Below, piece after piece: positions 21,835 through 31,729 of a stretch of 64,000 nt of DNA. A model generated the notes under the pieces. That model was not told where the DNA came from. It did not search any database and was given only the letters and a program-made list of their open reading frames with translations. The stretch's first letter is position 1. The number at the start of each line of letters is the position of its first letter. Origin of the DNA: an uncultured Nitrososphaerales archaeon (GTDB lineage: Archaea > Thermoproteota > Nitrososphaeria > Nitrososphaerales > Nitrososphaeraceae); contig CAWJCY010000012.1 of NCBI GenBank assembly GCA_963841565.1, positions 96,001-160,000 on the forward strand. Direction: 5' to 3'. The position numbers and the translations under genes are program-made.

Positions 21835-22683
21835 TTATAAACGTTTGAGACGCCTGGAACTCCCTGTAGATGAGTGAGTGCGAATCAGATCATCTTTTCT
21901 GCGATGTCTTAATGACATCCTCTTGCAGACTAGAGCAGCAAAGGCACCAGCGCCTATGCCGTTATCAATATTCATAACGGCCAAGCCAAATGTGCAGGTC
22001 TGCAACATTGATGTAAGCGCTCCAATGCCGCCAGATCCCATGCCGTAGCCGACTGACGTAGGCACTCCAATGACGGGGACATCAACTAAAGCTGATACAA
22101 CAGATGGTAGAGCCCCTTCCATTCCTGCTACTACTACGACAGCTTCTACGGTTTTTTCCATCATACCCTTTAGAGCCGGAAGCAACCTGTGTATTCCTGC
22201 TATTCCTACATCATAGTGCATAATACTGGCGCAGCCCATAGATTTGGCCATCATTCTCGCCTCCTCAGCGATAGGTATATCCGATGTCCCGGCACAAATG
22301 ATCCCAATCTGAGGAATACTCTCGTTGAATGTGAGTTCTCGGGTCGATACCAAAATGGTGGTCCCACGTGCTGCTGACTCAACTATATACCCTTCCAGTT
22401 TCAATTGAGCAGAGAGTTTTGTATAGACTTCCTCTGATGCCTTGCTAATGAGGGCAAGGCCTGTTTTCTCCAACGTCTTTAGGGTAATTTCATACAGATC
22501 ATTGTATTGCTTATCTAAAGCAAGGATAACTTCTGGACAACCCTTTCTCGTCTCCCTCTGTACGTCAAGACGTGCTATGTTCTCTCCTATGTATCCGATG
22601 TTCTCAATAGAAATTTGTCTTCGAATTTCGTTAATCCCAATCTCGCCATTAGAATATCTTTTCAACAATTGGTCCAGATCCAT
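21835..22683 (-). CDS. larB: Nickel-pincer cofactor biosynthesis carboxylase/hydrolase LarB
   Basis: R..RKGCPEV, AGTSDIPIAEEA, DVGIAG, AGMEGAL, PTSVGYG, NIDNG. Confidence 0.93.
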   Translation of the reverse strand: MDLDQLLKRYSNGEIGINEIRRQISIENIGYIGENIARLDVQRETRKGCPEVILALDKQYNDLYEITLKTLEKTGLALISKASEEVYTKLSAQLKLEGYIVESAARGTTILVSTRELTFNESIPQIGIICAGTSDIPIAEEARMMAKSMGCASIMHYDVGIAGIHRLLPALKGMMEKTVEAVVVVAGMEGALPSVVSALVDVPVIGVPTSVGYGMGSGGIGALTSMLQTCTFGLAVMNIDNGIGAGAFAALVCKRMSLRHRRKDDLIRTHSSTGSSRRLKRL

Positions 22684-22716
22684 TCGTAACCAATGAACCT
22701 CTCGATGATAAAAGCA

Positions 22717-23632
22717 TTATATTTGAAGCTCTGTAATTGCAGATTTAACGCTTGCTACTCCTCTATCAAATATCTCTCTTTCCGAACTGTCGAGCTTCAA
22801 TTCAACTATTTTTTCGATGCCATTTACACCGAGCACTGCTGGAACCCCAAGACAAACATTTGATGCACCATATTCTCCCTCCAAAAGAGCAGACACTGGT
22901 ATGAGACTTTTTCTATCTCTTACAATAGGTTCAATCATTGCAGCGATGGCATTCCCCGGGGCATGAATCGTTGCACCTTTTAGCGATATAACTTCAGCAG
23001 CTATCTTCCTCGTAGATTCCAAGGTGTTCATGATTTGCTCAGGTGACAAGAATGTGGTTAGCGAAATTCCCGATATCGAAGAAAATCTAGGAAGAGGTAG
23101 CATGTTTTCGCCATGCTCTCCGATCACCATCGCGCTAATGGAGCCTCTTGAAAATCCAGTAGCCTCGTGTATAGAACTTTTGAATCTCGAAAGATCAAGC
23201 ATGTTACCCATTCCCATAACCCTATTTTTCTCTGTTCCAAGAAGTTTTAAAGTCAAATAGGTCATCGGGTCGACAGGGTTTGTGACTACGATCACAATTG
23301 CTTGACCAGCCAAGGATCTTATCTTGGTGGCAATATCTTTAATGATATTTGCATTTGTTGTCAGGAGGTCCATTCTGGTCATTCCAGGCTTCCTTCCCAC
23401 TCCAGCCACCAATACGATGATGTCAGAGCCTTTCAAATCCTCGGTACTCGTTTGAACCTCTTACTCTACAATCGATGCCAATTTCAGACAGTTGATGATT
23501 TATGTCCAAAGCCTCCCCTTGAGGAAGTCCCTTCACGATATCTAATAAAAGAACATCTCCTAACCTTCGAAGACAAGCGTTTAATGCCGCAGAAGCTCCG
23601 ACTTTGCCCGACCCGACAACGGTGATATTCAT
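22717..23632 (-). CDS. mdh: Malate dehydrogenase (LDH-like), one-base insertion near 23444
   Basis: [37 protein letters not shown]. Confidence 0.93.
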
Positions 23633-23747
23633 ATATTGTTCAAAAATACGCCCTGCGTCGCTAATAAAAGTCTTTTAATCTAGTATTGCAATCATCGACA
23701 TGACTACAAATTAAATATGTATTTGCCCTAATTATCTGAGTTAGTCC

Positions 23748-25010
23748 TTGCCAGTAATTGCAGTAATTGATTCGCAAATTTCAGGTATTTCAGGTGATAT
23801 GTTTCTTTCATCACTTATAGATGCAGGGGCCGAGAAGAAACGAGTTCTTGACTCAATATATGCTTGTGAAGGGTTATTGGAAGGTGTCAGGATCTTGGAG
23901 GCGAATTTTGAAAAGGTGACGTCTACGGGAATTAAAGCAACCCGATTCTCTCTTAAGTCCACCGATAGTAAAACTAGTAGAAAAGGGAGCGAACTTATTG
24001 CTGCAGCCTCTCGCTGCTGTAGACAAATGGATTTAGATCACCAAACTAGTTCTTATATTCAGAATTCTATGCAAACTTTGGTTGCGGCTGAATCTAAAAT
24101 TCACGGTCAGAGTATTAAGGATGTTCACCTCCACGAAGCATCAAATATCGACACACTGGTCGACTTAGTAGGATCAGGTATTGCTGCCAATAGTCTTGGT
24201 CTCTTCTCGTCGAATGTCTACTCTACCTCAATTGCAACTGGAAGTGGGCTCACACATTTCTCTCATGGAGTTGTCCAGAATCCGACCAACGCGGTATTAC
24301 AGATCTTTTTGGGCAGACCATTTATCCTAACAGCTGGGTACTCTGATACTGAAACAACTACTCCGACTGGTGCCGCTCTACTTGTTAATCTTTGTATAGG
24401 GAGTGTAAATAGATACCCAGATTTCCAACCAGTAAGAATCGGATTCGGTGCAGGTTCTAGAGATCTTGGACAAATTGCAAATGTAACAAGATTTGTAATG
24501 GGAAATTCCTATTCATCATTCAAGTATGGAAACGATACCGTAACTGTGTTGGAAACAAATGTGGACGATATCACGGGAGAGAACTTAGGAGCCTTAATCG
24601 AACATTTAAGTAAAAGCGGGATAAAGGATGTAACTGTTATACCTGGTATAGCGAAGAAGAACAGACCGAACTATACGATAAGAATCATAACTGATTGCAG
24701 CCGAGTAGATTCTATTTTGGATTTTCTCTTTACAGAGACCGGGACTTTAGGCGTGCGTATTCAAGAAACCAATAGAGTAGTATTAGATAGAGATACAATA
24801 ACCATGAAATGCAAGATATTGAACGACGAATTCATCCTACGAGTGAAGGTTTCCAAAAATTCTACCGGAAAGATTGTGAATGCCAAACCAGAATTTGAAG
24901 ATGTTAGGAAAATTTCGAGGTCATTAAGAATACCTTTAAGAGTGGCAAATCAGATAGCTTTATCTGAGATTCAAACTAGGTTTGGAAATAAATTCTATAC
25001 ACGAGCTTGA
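23748..25010 (+). CDS. larC: Nickel insertase LarC
   Basis: SGISGDM, HLHE..IDT, TTPTGAA, LETNVDD, KKNRP, ETGTLGVR, KPEFED. Confidence 0.93.
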   Translation: MPVIAVIDSQISGISGDMFLSSLIDAGAEKKRVLDSIYACEGLLEGVRILEANFEKVTSTGIKATRFSLKSTDSKTSRKGSELIAAASRCCRQMDLDHQTSSYIQNSMQTLVAAESKIHGQSIKDVHLHEASNIDTLVDLVGSGIAANSLGLFSSNVYSTSIATGSGLTHFSHGVVQNPTNAVLQIFLGRPFILTAGYSDTETTTPTGAALLVNLCIGSVNRYPDFQPVRIGFGAGSRDLGQIANVTRFVMGNSYSSFKYGNDTVTVLETNVDDITGENLGALIEHLSKSGIKDVTVIPGIAKKNRPNYTIRIITDCSRVDSILDFLFTETGTLGVRIQETNRVVLDRDTITMKCKILNDEFILRVKVSKNSTGKIVNAKPEFEDVRKISRSLRIPLRVANQIALSEIQTRFGNKFYTRA

Positions 25011-25818
25011 CGGGTCAGGTCAAAAATATGATCTGTTGCTCAGATGGTTCGACGCGATCAATGACAAAGTAGTAGTTGCCCTTTCTGGCGGAGTAGATAG
25101 TGCTGTTGTAGCATTAGCTGCTCAGATGCGATTAGGCCAGAAAGCTATGGCGGTGACGGCAAATTGTGCTACCACGTCTGAAGAGGAACTAAGGAGTGCT
25201 ATTGTTGTAGCCAAGGAATTGGGGATTAAACATGAAATAGTTGAGTATAATGTGCTTATGAATCAAGACTTCACAAGAAACGACAATGCTCGATGCTATC
25301 ACTGTCGAAAGGACCTAGCACTCCATCTTGTTTCCAAAGGGAAACAGATAGGGGCCAAAAGTATTGTCGATGGAACACACGTAGATGATCTAGGAGATCA
25401 TAGACCCGGAATTATAGCATTGCAGGAGGCAGGTGTAAGACATCCTTTACTTGAAGTTGGCCTAAATAAGTCAGATATTCGAAAAATCGCAAGATTCTTC
25501 AAACTCTCTGTCTCTAATAAACCGTCAAATTCTTGTTTAGCCTCTAGAATCCCGCACGGGAATGAAATAACGCATTCTAAGATTTCCAGGATTGAAAAGG
25601 CCGAATCCATAATAAAGTCGATCTTTGGTGTAGAACAAGTCAGAGTAAGAGATCATGGTGAACTTGCACGAATTGAAGTAGGAAATAATGAACTAAATAG
25701 GTTATTTGATACCGGAAAGCTGGGAGAAGCTGACCAAATGATCAAAGAACTTGGCTTTAGATACGTTTCGGTCGATATGAAAGGATATAGACAAGGAAGC
25801 CTAGTTATAGTGAAATAG
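24982..25818 (+). CDS. larE: ATP-dependent sulfur transferase LarE (CxxC-C type)
   Basis: SGGVDS, CYHCRK, DHRPG, SCLASRIPHG, VRVRDHG. Confidence 0.93.
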   Translation: MEINSIHELDGSGQKYDLLLRWFDAINDKVVVALSGGVDSAVVALAAQMRLGQKAMAVTANCATTSEEELRSAIVVAKELGIKHEIVEYNVLMNQDFTRNDNARCYHCRKDLALHLVSKGKQIGAKSIVDGTHVDDLGDHRPGIIALQEAGVRHPLLEVGLNKSDIRKIARFFKLSVSNKPSNSCLASRIPHGNEITHSKISRIEKAESIIKSIFGVEQVRVRDHGELARIEVGNNELNRLFDTGKLGEADQMIKELGFRYVSVDMKGYRQGSLVIVK

Positions 25819-25831
25819 GACTATTGCGAAG

Positions 25832-27031
25832 ATGACCTTGGCAATGAATCAGGGTGACTTGATCTACTTCGACAACGCGGCGTCTACTCCTGTTCTTTCC
25901 GAAGTGATCCAAGAAATGGTACCTTATCTTGGAAATCATTATGGAAATCCATCCTCACAACATACGTTTGGCTTCAACACTTCGAGAGCAATCGAGAAAG
26001 CTCGGAGACATGTAGCATATCTTATAGGAAGCAGTCCTGATGAAATAACGTTCACATCTGGTGGAACAGAAGCAAATAATCTAGCCATTAAGGGTAGTAT
26101 ATCCAGACTAGGTATCAACAATGATAACAAGGGTACTGTTCTTATTTCAAGTAGCATTGAACACGACTCAGTACTTCAACCTTTCAATTCCTTAAAAGCT
26201 CAGGGATTCAATGTTAAGTTTGTTGAAGTGAACAGGGAAGGAATCGTTAATCTGGAATCCTTACTTGAAATCCTAAAAAAAGATAAGGTAATGCTCGTAA
26301 GCATCATGCTGGCTAATAATGAAGTGGGGACCATTCAGCCAATTAAAGAATTAACAAAGATTACTCATGAAAATTCAAACGCCCTCTTCCATTGTGATGC
26401 TGTCCAAGCTTTGGGGAAAATTCCAATTGATGTGAAGCACCTTGATGTGGATTTGCTATCGTTATCTTCCCACAAGATTTACGGACCGAAAGGGGTCGGG
26501 GCTATATATACTCGCGACCGGGACCAATTGACCCCTTTGATCGACGGCGGGGGTCAAGAAAAGTCCTTGAGATCAGGCACTGAAAATGTATATGGTATTG
26601 TAGGCTTTGGCGGGGCCTGCAAGATCGCTTCAGCAAACTTGAATGAAAATTGGAGCAACATCAAGAAACTTAGAGATTATCTCATTGATCGAGTATTATC
26701 TACGATACCTAGATGTCATGTCAACGGTTCAAGGAGTCAAAGACTGCCCAATAACGCTCATTTTAGCTTTCCGGGGGTTAAGGGAGAAGACATCATTGTA
26801 AAACTGAACGAGTACGGGATAGCGGCGTCTACAGGGGCAGCATGTTCTTCCAATAAAGCTAAGCCTTCCCATGTACTCAAAGCAATGGGGTTATCGCTAT
26901 TGGAAATTGAAGGTTCTCTTCGGCTTACTCTTGGTCATCAAAACACAATGTATGAGGTTGAAAGGGTAATTTTGGCTTTGGAAGAGACAATTAAGGAGCT
27001 TCGCAGACATTCCGGTTTTCCAAATAACTGA
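25832..27031 (+). CDS. iscS: Cysteine desulfurase, IscS/NifS type
   Basis: YFDNAAST, SGGTEANN, SSHKIYGPKG, STGAAC. Confidence 0.93.
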   Translation: MTLAMNQGDLIYFDNAASTPVLSEVIQEMVPYLGNHYGNPSSQHTFGFNTSRAIEKARRHVAYLIGSSPDEITFTSGGTEANNLAIKGSISRLGINNDNKGTVLISSSIEHDSVLQPFNSLKAQGFNVKFVEVNREGIVNLESLLEILKKDKVMLVSIMLANNEVGTIQPIKELTKITHENSNALFHCDAVQALGKIPIDVKHLDVDLLSLSSHKIYGPKGVGAIYTRDRDQLTPLIDGGGQEKSLRSGTENVYGIVGFGGACKIASANLNENWSNIKKLRDYLIDRVLSTIPRCHVNGSRSQRLPNNAHFSFPGVKGEDIIVKLNEYGIAASTGAACSSNKAKPSHVLKAMGLSLLEIEGSLRLTLGHQNTMYEVERVILALEETIKELRRHSGFPNN

Positions 27032-27073
27032 TATTCCGAAATTAATTTATTGTCCTAAAGTGTAGTTTGTTCC

Positions 27074-27565
27074 ATGTCTTCAACGTCAACAACAGGTTCA
27101 GTTCCCGAAATAGGACAAGAAGCGCCAGGCTTTAATTTACCTGATGTTGAGATGAAAAGTCGAAGCCTTGAAGAATTTAGAGGCAAGAAACTTGTTCTTG
27201 CTTTTTTTCCAGCTGCAGAATCACCTGTATGTACTGCTGAGATGTGTGCGCTGAGGGACTCTCTATCTGTGCTAAAATCCCTTGGAGCTCAAGTTGTCGG
27301 TATCTCTGTAGACGGCCCGTTTGCTAACAAGATTTTTACTGAGAACAGACACCTTAATTTTCCGATTCTTAGCGATTACAAGCGAGAGGTCATAAACAAA
27401 TATGGCATTGTAATGGGCAACTTGGGTTCTTTAGAAGGTTATAATGCAGCTAAGCGTTCAGTGTTCGTGCTCGATGAAAGCGGTATAATTAGATATAGAT
27501 GGATATCTGACAATCCATTAGTAGAGCCAAATTACGACGAGATAAAATCTGCTTTGGAAAAATAA
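27074..27565 (+). CDS. Peroxiredoxin, AhpC/TSA family
   Basis: FFPAAESPVCTAEMC, ISVD, AKRSVFV. Confidence 0.9.
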   Translation: MSSTSTTGSVPEIGQEAPGFNLPDVEMKSRSLEEFRGKKLVLAFFPAAESPVCTAEMCALRDSLSVLKSLGAQVVGISVDGPFANKIFTENRHLNFPILSDYKREVINKYGIVMGNLGSLEGYNAAKRSVFVLDESGIIRYRWISDNPLVEPNYDEIKSALEK

Positions 27566-27671
27566 TTAGGCAATTTCACTTTATTAGTCAAGGTTTGTTA
27601 AATGTAAAGGCGTCGCAGCTATGTAACATACGCAAGATGCAAGTGAGTGAGTGTCACTTTTTTTATAGTTA

Positions 27672-28187
27672 CTACTCTATGACAGCAATGACGTCATTTC
27701 TAGATACGGTGTTTCCCTGCGTAACTTTTATCTCCTTTATCTTACCATCTTTATGGGATTTTACCGCAACTTGCATTTTCATAGATTCCAGTACTACGAT
27801 GGAATCGCCTTTGTTTACCGAGTCACCTTGCTTTCCTAATACGCTAACAACTCTTCCAGGTATCTGACTTGTCAAATTGTTTACTGCAGCCGTCTGTGAG
27901 ATCTTAGATAATGACTGTTCTAAAACTTCTGACAATTTGGAATGCTTATTTATTTTCATTTCAGTTCCATCTATTAGCAGCTTCACCTCAGAGGTACTCG
28001 AGTAGAGTATCTTCGCAGAGTGGTAGGAGTTGTCTATCATAAATTCAAGAATATTTGTAGAAAACCTCAGGACCTTGAGACGGTAATCTTTCTGGTTTAT
28101 CTTAACCATGGCCTCAGATTCACCCAGGGTGCTTACTAACTCTGCGTTCACGGGTTGTTCTAGATGCGCTATCTTAAATTCCATCAA
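27672..28187 (-). CDS. accB: Biotin carboxyl carrier protein of acetyl/propionyl-CoA carboxylase
   Basis: LESMKM biotinylation motif. Confidence 0.93.
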   Translation of the reverse strand: MMEFKIAHLEQPVNAELVSTLGESEAMVKINQKDYRLKVLRFSTNILEFMIDNSYHSAKILYSSTSEVKLLIDGTEMKINKHSKLSEVLEQSLSKISQTAAVNNLTSQIPGRVVSVLGKQGDSVNKGDSIVVLESMKMQVAVKSHKDGKIKEIKVTQGNTVSRNDVIAVIE

Positions 28188-29707
28188 AGGTTCCCTCTCT
28201 GTCTATTCCATGCCGACATGTGTTGTGAGGTACGAACATCATCACCTCGGCTGACCGAAGGGGTCCGCTTAAACTCTGAATAAAGCAAAATTGCGGCGAG
28301 AGCGGGAACCTGGGTTTGAGATGACAAGCTCTTAGCATCCTTGAGAAGCTTATCCATAAGGGCATATCGTTCAAGATAATCAGTTGACAACTCTCCTTTT
28401 ATGAAATGCTCCTCCTTCATTATCGTCTTGTAAAGTGGTATAGTTGTATTCACGCCCTCGACTTCAAATTCATTTAATGCGTTAATCATCCTGCTCCTAG
28501 CTTCTTCGAAATGGTTGCCCCAAGTAATGAGCTTTGCTACAAGGGAATCATAATATCCGGATACAGTACAGCCAGGGTATAGATATGAATCCACGCGTAC
28601 ACCGGGGCCGTAAGGTAAATTGCATGAAGGAACTAATCCAACTGAGGGCGAGAATTCGTTGAACGGGTCTTCTGCGTTTATACGGCATTCAATAGCTGCT
28701 CCTCTTAGTTCCAAATCTTCCTGCTTGAATGGGATTTTTTCTCCTTGTGCTATTGAAATTTGCAATTTCACGAGATCTAACCCTGTTACAAATTCCGTGA
28801 CTGGATGTTCCACCTGTAACCTAGAGTTAATTTCTATAAAGTAGAAATTTCCTTTGTTGTCTCTTAAAAATTCTGCCGTCCCCGCATTGACGTAATCCAC
28901 GGCATCAACGGCTCTGACTGCGATTTCACCTATTTTACTGCGAGTTTTAGCATCTAGAACGGGAGAAGGAGACATTTCGATGAGCTTCTGGTGTCTTCTT
29001 TGCACAGAACATTCGCGTTCGAATAAGTGTCTACTGTTGCCATGGATATCGCGAAAAAGTTGATATTCAATGTGGCGGATGCCCTCAAGGCATTTTTCAA
29101 CATAAAGTGCAGCCTTCCCAAATGCCGCTTTTGATTCGGCGGAGGCCATTTCGTATTCTTGCCGTAATTCTTTTTCATCCTTGGCCAAGCGAATACCTCT
29201 CCCACCACCACCAAATGCAGATTTGAGGAGAACAGGAAATCCAGAATCCTTTGCGATTGCAACTGCCTCATCAAGATCCTCCACCACGCCGTCACTACCC
29301 GGGACCAATGGTACTCCGGCTTCTTTCATCACTTCTTTACACTTCATCTTGTCACCGGTGACTTCCATAGCCTTACTTCCAGGCCCTATGAATATTATCC
29401 CGTTCTTCTTGCAAGACATTGCAAATCCTTCGTTCTCGGACAAAAATCCATATCCTGGATGTATCGCATCTGACCCTGATTGCTTTGCAATCTCTATAAT
29501 TCGCTTCATGTTCAGGTAGCTTTCTGTAGCCGCTGCTGGTCCGATGTTGTATGCCTCGTCGGCTCTTTTTACATGCACTGAGCGTGTGTCTTCATCAGAA
29601 AATACTGCAACAGATTTTATTCCCAGTTCTTTACATGCACGGACAACTCTTAGAGCGATCTCTCCCCTATTTGCAATCAGAATTTTGCTTATTGCCTTGG
29701 TCGTAAT
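28184..29707 (-). CDS. accC: Biotin carboxylase; true start upstream of the ORF track, apparently ATT
   Basis: Frame extends to (I)TTKAISKILIANRGEIA; HPGYGFLSEN, RECSVQRRHQK, EINSRLQVEH. Confidence 0.95.
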   Translation of the reverse strand: MTTKAISKILIANRGEIALRVVRACKELGIKSVAVFSDEDTRSVHVKRADEAYNIGPAAATESYLNMKRIIEIAKQSGSDAIHPGYGFLSENEGFAMSCKKNGIIFIGPGSKAMEVTGDKMKCKEVMKEAGVPLVPGSDGVVEDLDEAVAIAKDSGFPVLLKSAFGGGGRGIRLAKDEKELRQEYEMASAESKAAFGKAALYVEKCLEGIRHIEYQLFRDIHGNSRHLFERECSVQRRHQKLIEMSPSPVLDAKTRSKIGEIAVRAVDAVDYVNAGTAEFLRDNKGNFYFIEINSRLQVEHPVTEFVTGLDLVKLQISIAQGEKIPFKQEDLELRGAAIECRINAEDPFNEFSPSVGLVPSCNLPYGPGVRVDSYLYPGCTVSGYYDSLVAKLITWGNHFEEARSRMINALNEFEVEGVNTTIPLYKTIMKEEHFIKGELSTDYLERYALMDKLLKDAKSLSSQTQVPALAAILLYSEFKRTPSVSRGDDVRTSQHMSAWNRQRGNL

Positions 29708-29717
29708 TTATACACCT

Positions 29718-31271
29718 CTATAAATTTATGTTCCCATGTTTCTTCCACGGATATGTCTCCCTTTTAGTGGATAAGGTATCAAGCGCCCTAATAATCATCG
29801 GTCTAGTTTCCATTGGATCTATAACCAAATCAATAATTCCCTTCTCTGCTGCGATATAGGGATTGGCGAACTTTTCTCTGTATTCTTTTGCAAGAGCCTT
29901 TTTGGTTTTTGCCAAGTCCTCAGATTTCTTGAGATCTCGGCGATGTATTATCATTATTGCGGCCTCGGGTCCAAGAACCGCAATTTCAGCTGTTGGCCAT
30001 GCCAAGTTTATGTCAGCTCTAAGGTTTTTGCTCCCCATGGCGATATAAGCGCCGCCGTACGCTTTTCCTATGATACATGTGATCTTAGGCACAGATGCCT
30101 CGCAATAAGAGTACAGCAATTTGCTCCCATGCCTTATTATTCCATTGTGTTCTTGATCGGTTCCAGGTAGGTAACCAGGAGTATCTACCAAGGTAACAAT
30201 TGGAATGTTGTAGCAATCACAAAATCTAATGAACCTCGCAGCTTTGTTGGAAGAATTAATATCCAAGGCACCGGCAAGATACAAAGGCTGGTTGGCAACT
30301 ATTCCTACAGATCTTCCTCCCATTCTTGCAAAGCCTACAACAACGTTCTCTGCAAAGAGTTCGTGTATCTCAAAGAAATCTCCGTCATCAACAATTGATT
30401 TGATTATTTGCTTCATATCATATTGTTCATACGGATTTTCAGGGAGTATAGATGCAAGGGCAGAATCGATCCGATTTGGATCATCTCCTGGTTGAACAAT
30501 TGGAGGAAGTTCGCTATTGTTTTGTGGTATGTAGGAAAGGAGTTTTTTTATCTTATCAATGCATGCGTATTCGTCTTTTGCTACAAAATGAGCCACGCCA
30601 GATTTACTGGCATGTGTTATTGCGCCTCCTAGCTCTTCAAATGAAACCTCCTGCCCTAACACCTCATGGACTACCTCGGGTCCTGTAACAAACATTTGCC
30701 CGATGTGTTCCACCATAATTACGAAGTCAGTCATGGCAGGAGAATAAACAGCACCCCCTGCACAAGGACCCATGCTGGCAGTTATTTGTGGAATGACGCC
30801 CGATGCGAGAGTGTTTTGATAGAAGATATCCCCGTAACCGTCTAAACTCATTACCCCTTCTTGAATTCTTGCTCCTCCCGAATCCAGAATTCCTATGATA
30901 GGGACACCGACCTTAAGAGCATGATCCATAACCTTGACGATCTTTTTCCCAGCCATTTCACCTAGCGAGCCTCCTAGCACTGTAAAGTCGTAAACGTAAA
31001 CAAACACCTTCCGCCCATCAATGGTACCAAATCCTGTCAATACCCCATCTCCAAAATACGTCTTGGTCGAAGGATCATCACTCCTATGGATTACATATTT
31101 ATCAATTTCGACGAAAGAATCCTCATCTAACAGAAGGCTAATTCTTTCCCTCGCTGTTAGTTTACCCTTGGAATGTTGGGCGGAAATCCTCTCCGGCCCG
31201 CCTCCTTCCTCAGACAGTTTCTTGATTTGATACAACTTCTTTATCTTATCCTCGTGCATGGCCTGAGTCAT
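29718..31271 (-). CDS. pccB: Carboxyltransferase subunit of acetyl/propionyl-CoA carboxylase
   Basis: GKLTARERI, SGGARIQEG, KAYGGAY, KKHGNINL. Confidence 0.95.
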   Translation of the reverse strand: MTQAMHEDKIKKLYQIKKLSEEGGGPERISAQHSKGKLTARERISLLLDEDSFVEIDKYVIHRSDDPSTKTYFGDGVLTGFGTIDGRKVFVYVYDFTVLGGSLGEMAGKKIVKVMDHALKVGVPIIGILDSGGARIQEGVMSLDGYGDIFYQNTLASGVIPQITASMGPCAGGAVYSPAMTDFVIMVEHIGQMFVTGPEVVHEVLGQEVSFEELGGAITHASKSGVAHFVAKDEYACIDKIKKLLSYIPQNNSELPPIVQPGDDPNRIDSALASILPENPYEQYDMKQIIKSIVDDGDFFEIHELFAENVVVGFARMGGRSVGIVANQPLYLAGALDINSSNKAARFIRFCDCYNIPIVTLVDTPGYLPGTDQEHNGIIRHGSKLLYSYCEASVPKITCIIGKAYGGAYIAMGSKNLRADINLAWPTAEIAVLGPEAAIMIIHRRDLKKSEDLAKTKKALAKEYREKFANPYIAAEKGIIDLVIDPMETRPMIIRALDTLSTKRETYPWKKHGNINL

Positions 31272-31448
31272 ATGCCAAGAATTAGGTATATAAATAATTA
31301 CGAAGCGTCTCTTAATCGTTTATAAGGAGATTTTGGTTCGTCAGAGATCCGCAGTCCGGCCTCCTAGAAGAAGCTATATTATCATAATTTCCCTTACTAA
31401 AAATCCAACATATTTACTATACCTAGTAGCTTTACGAAGGCGAAATTC

Positions 31449-31661
31449 TCATTCCCTGAGTCCTGATCTCCCCCCTTTCGCCCGCCGAAAATAATTCATT
31501 CCTAAGTTGTAATTTTCAAATAAACTTTCAAGTGTTTCTATCTCATCTGCCAATCTCTGAGCCCGAGATTTATTCCAGTCTTTTGCCTTTTTCAAATATT
31601 CTAACTCGTCAAGTTTTTCTTTGATAAGCTTTACTACGATCTTCTCGTACTCGCTAGACAT
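31449..31661 (-). CDS. Small hypothetical helical protein
   Basis: 70-aa charged ORF with TTTATT box upstream. Confidence 0.7.
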   Translation of the reverse strand: MSSEYEKIVVKLIKEKLDELEYLKKAKDWNKSRAQRLADEIETLESLFENYNLGMNYFRRAKGGRSGLRE

Positions 31662-31729
31662 TTCCGCTTGAAGATAGAGTAGTGGTTAGAATAATAAACT
31701 TTCTTAATAATATAAGAAGGGTGGCACCT

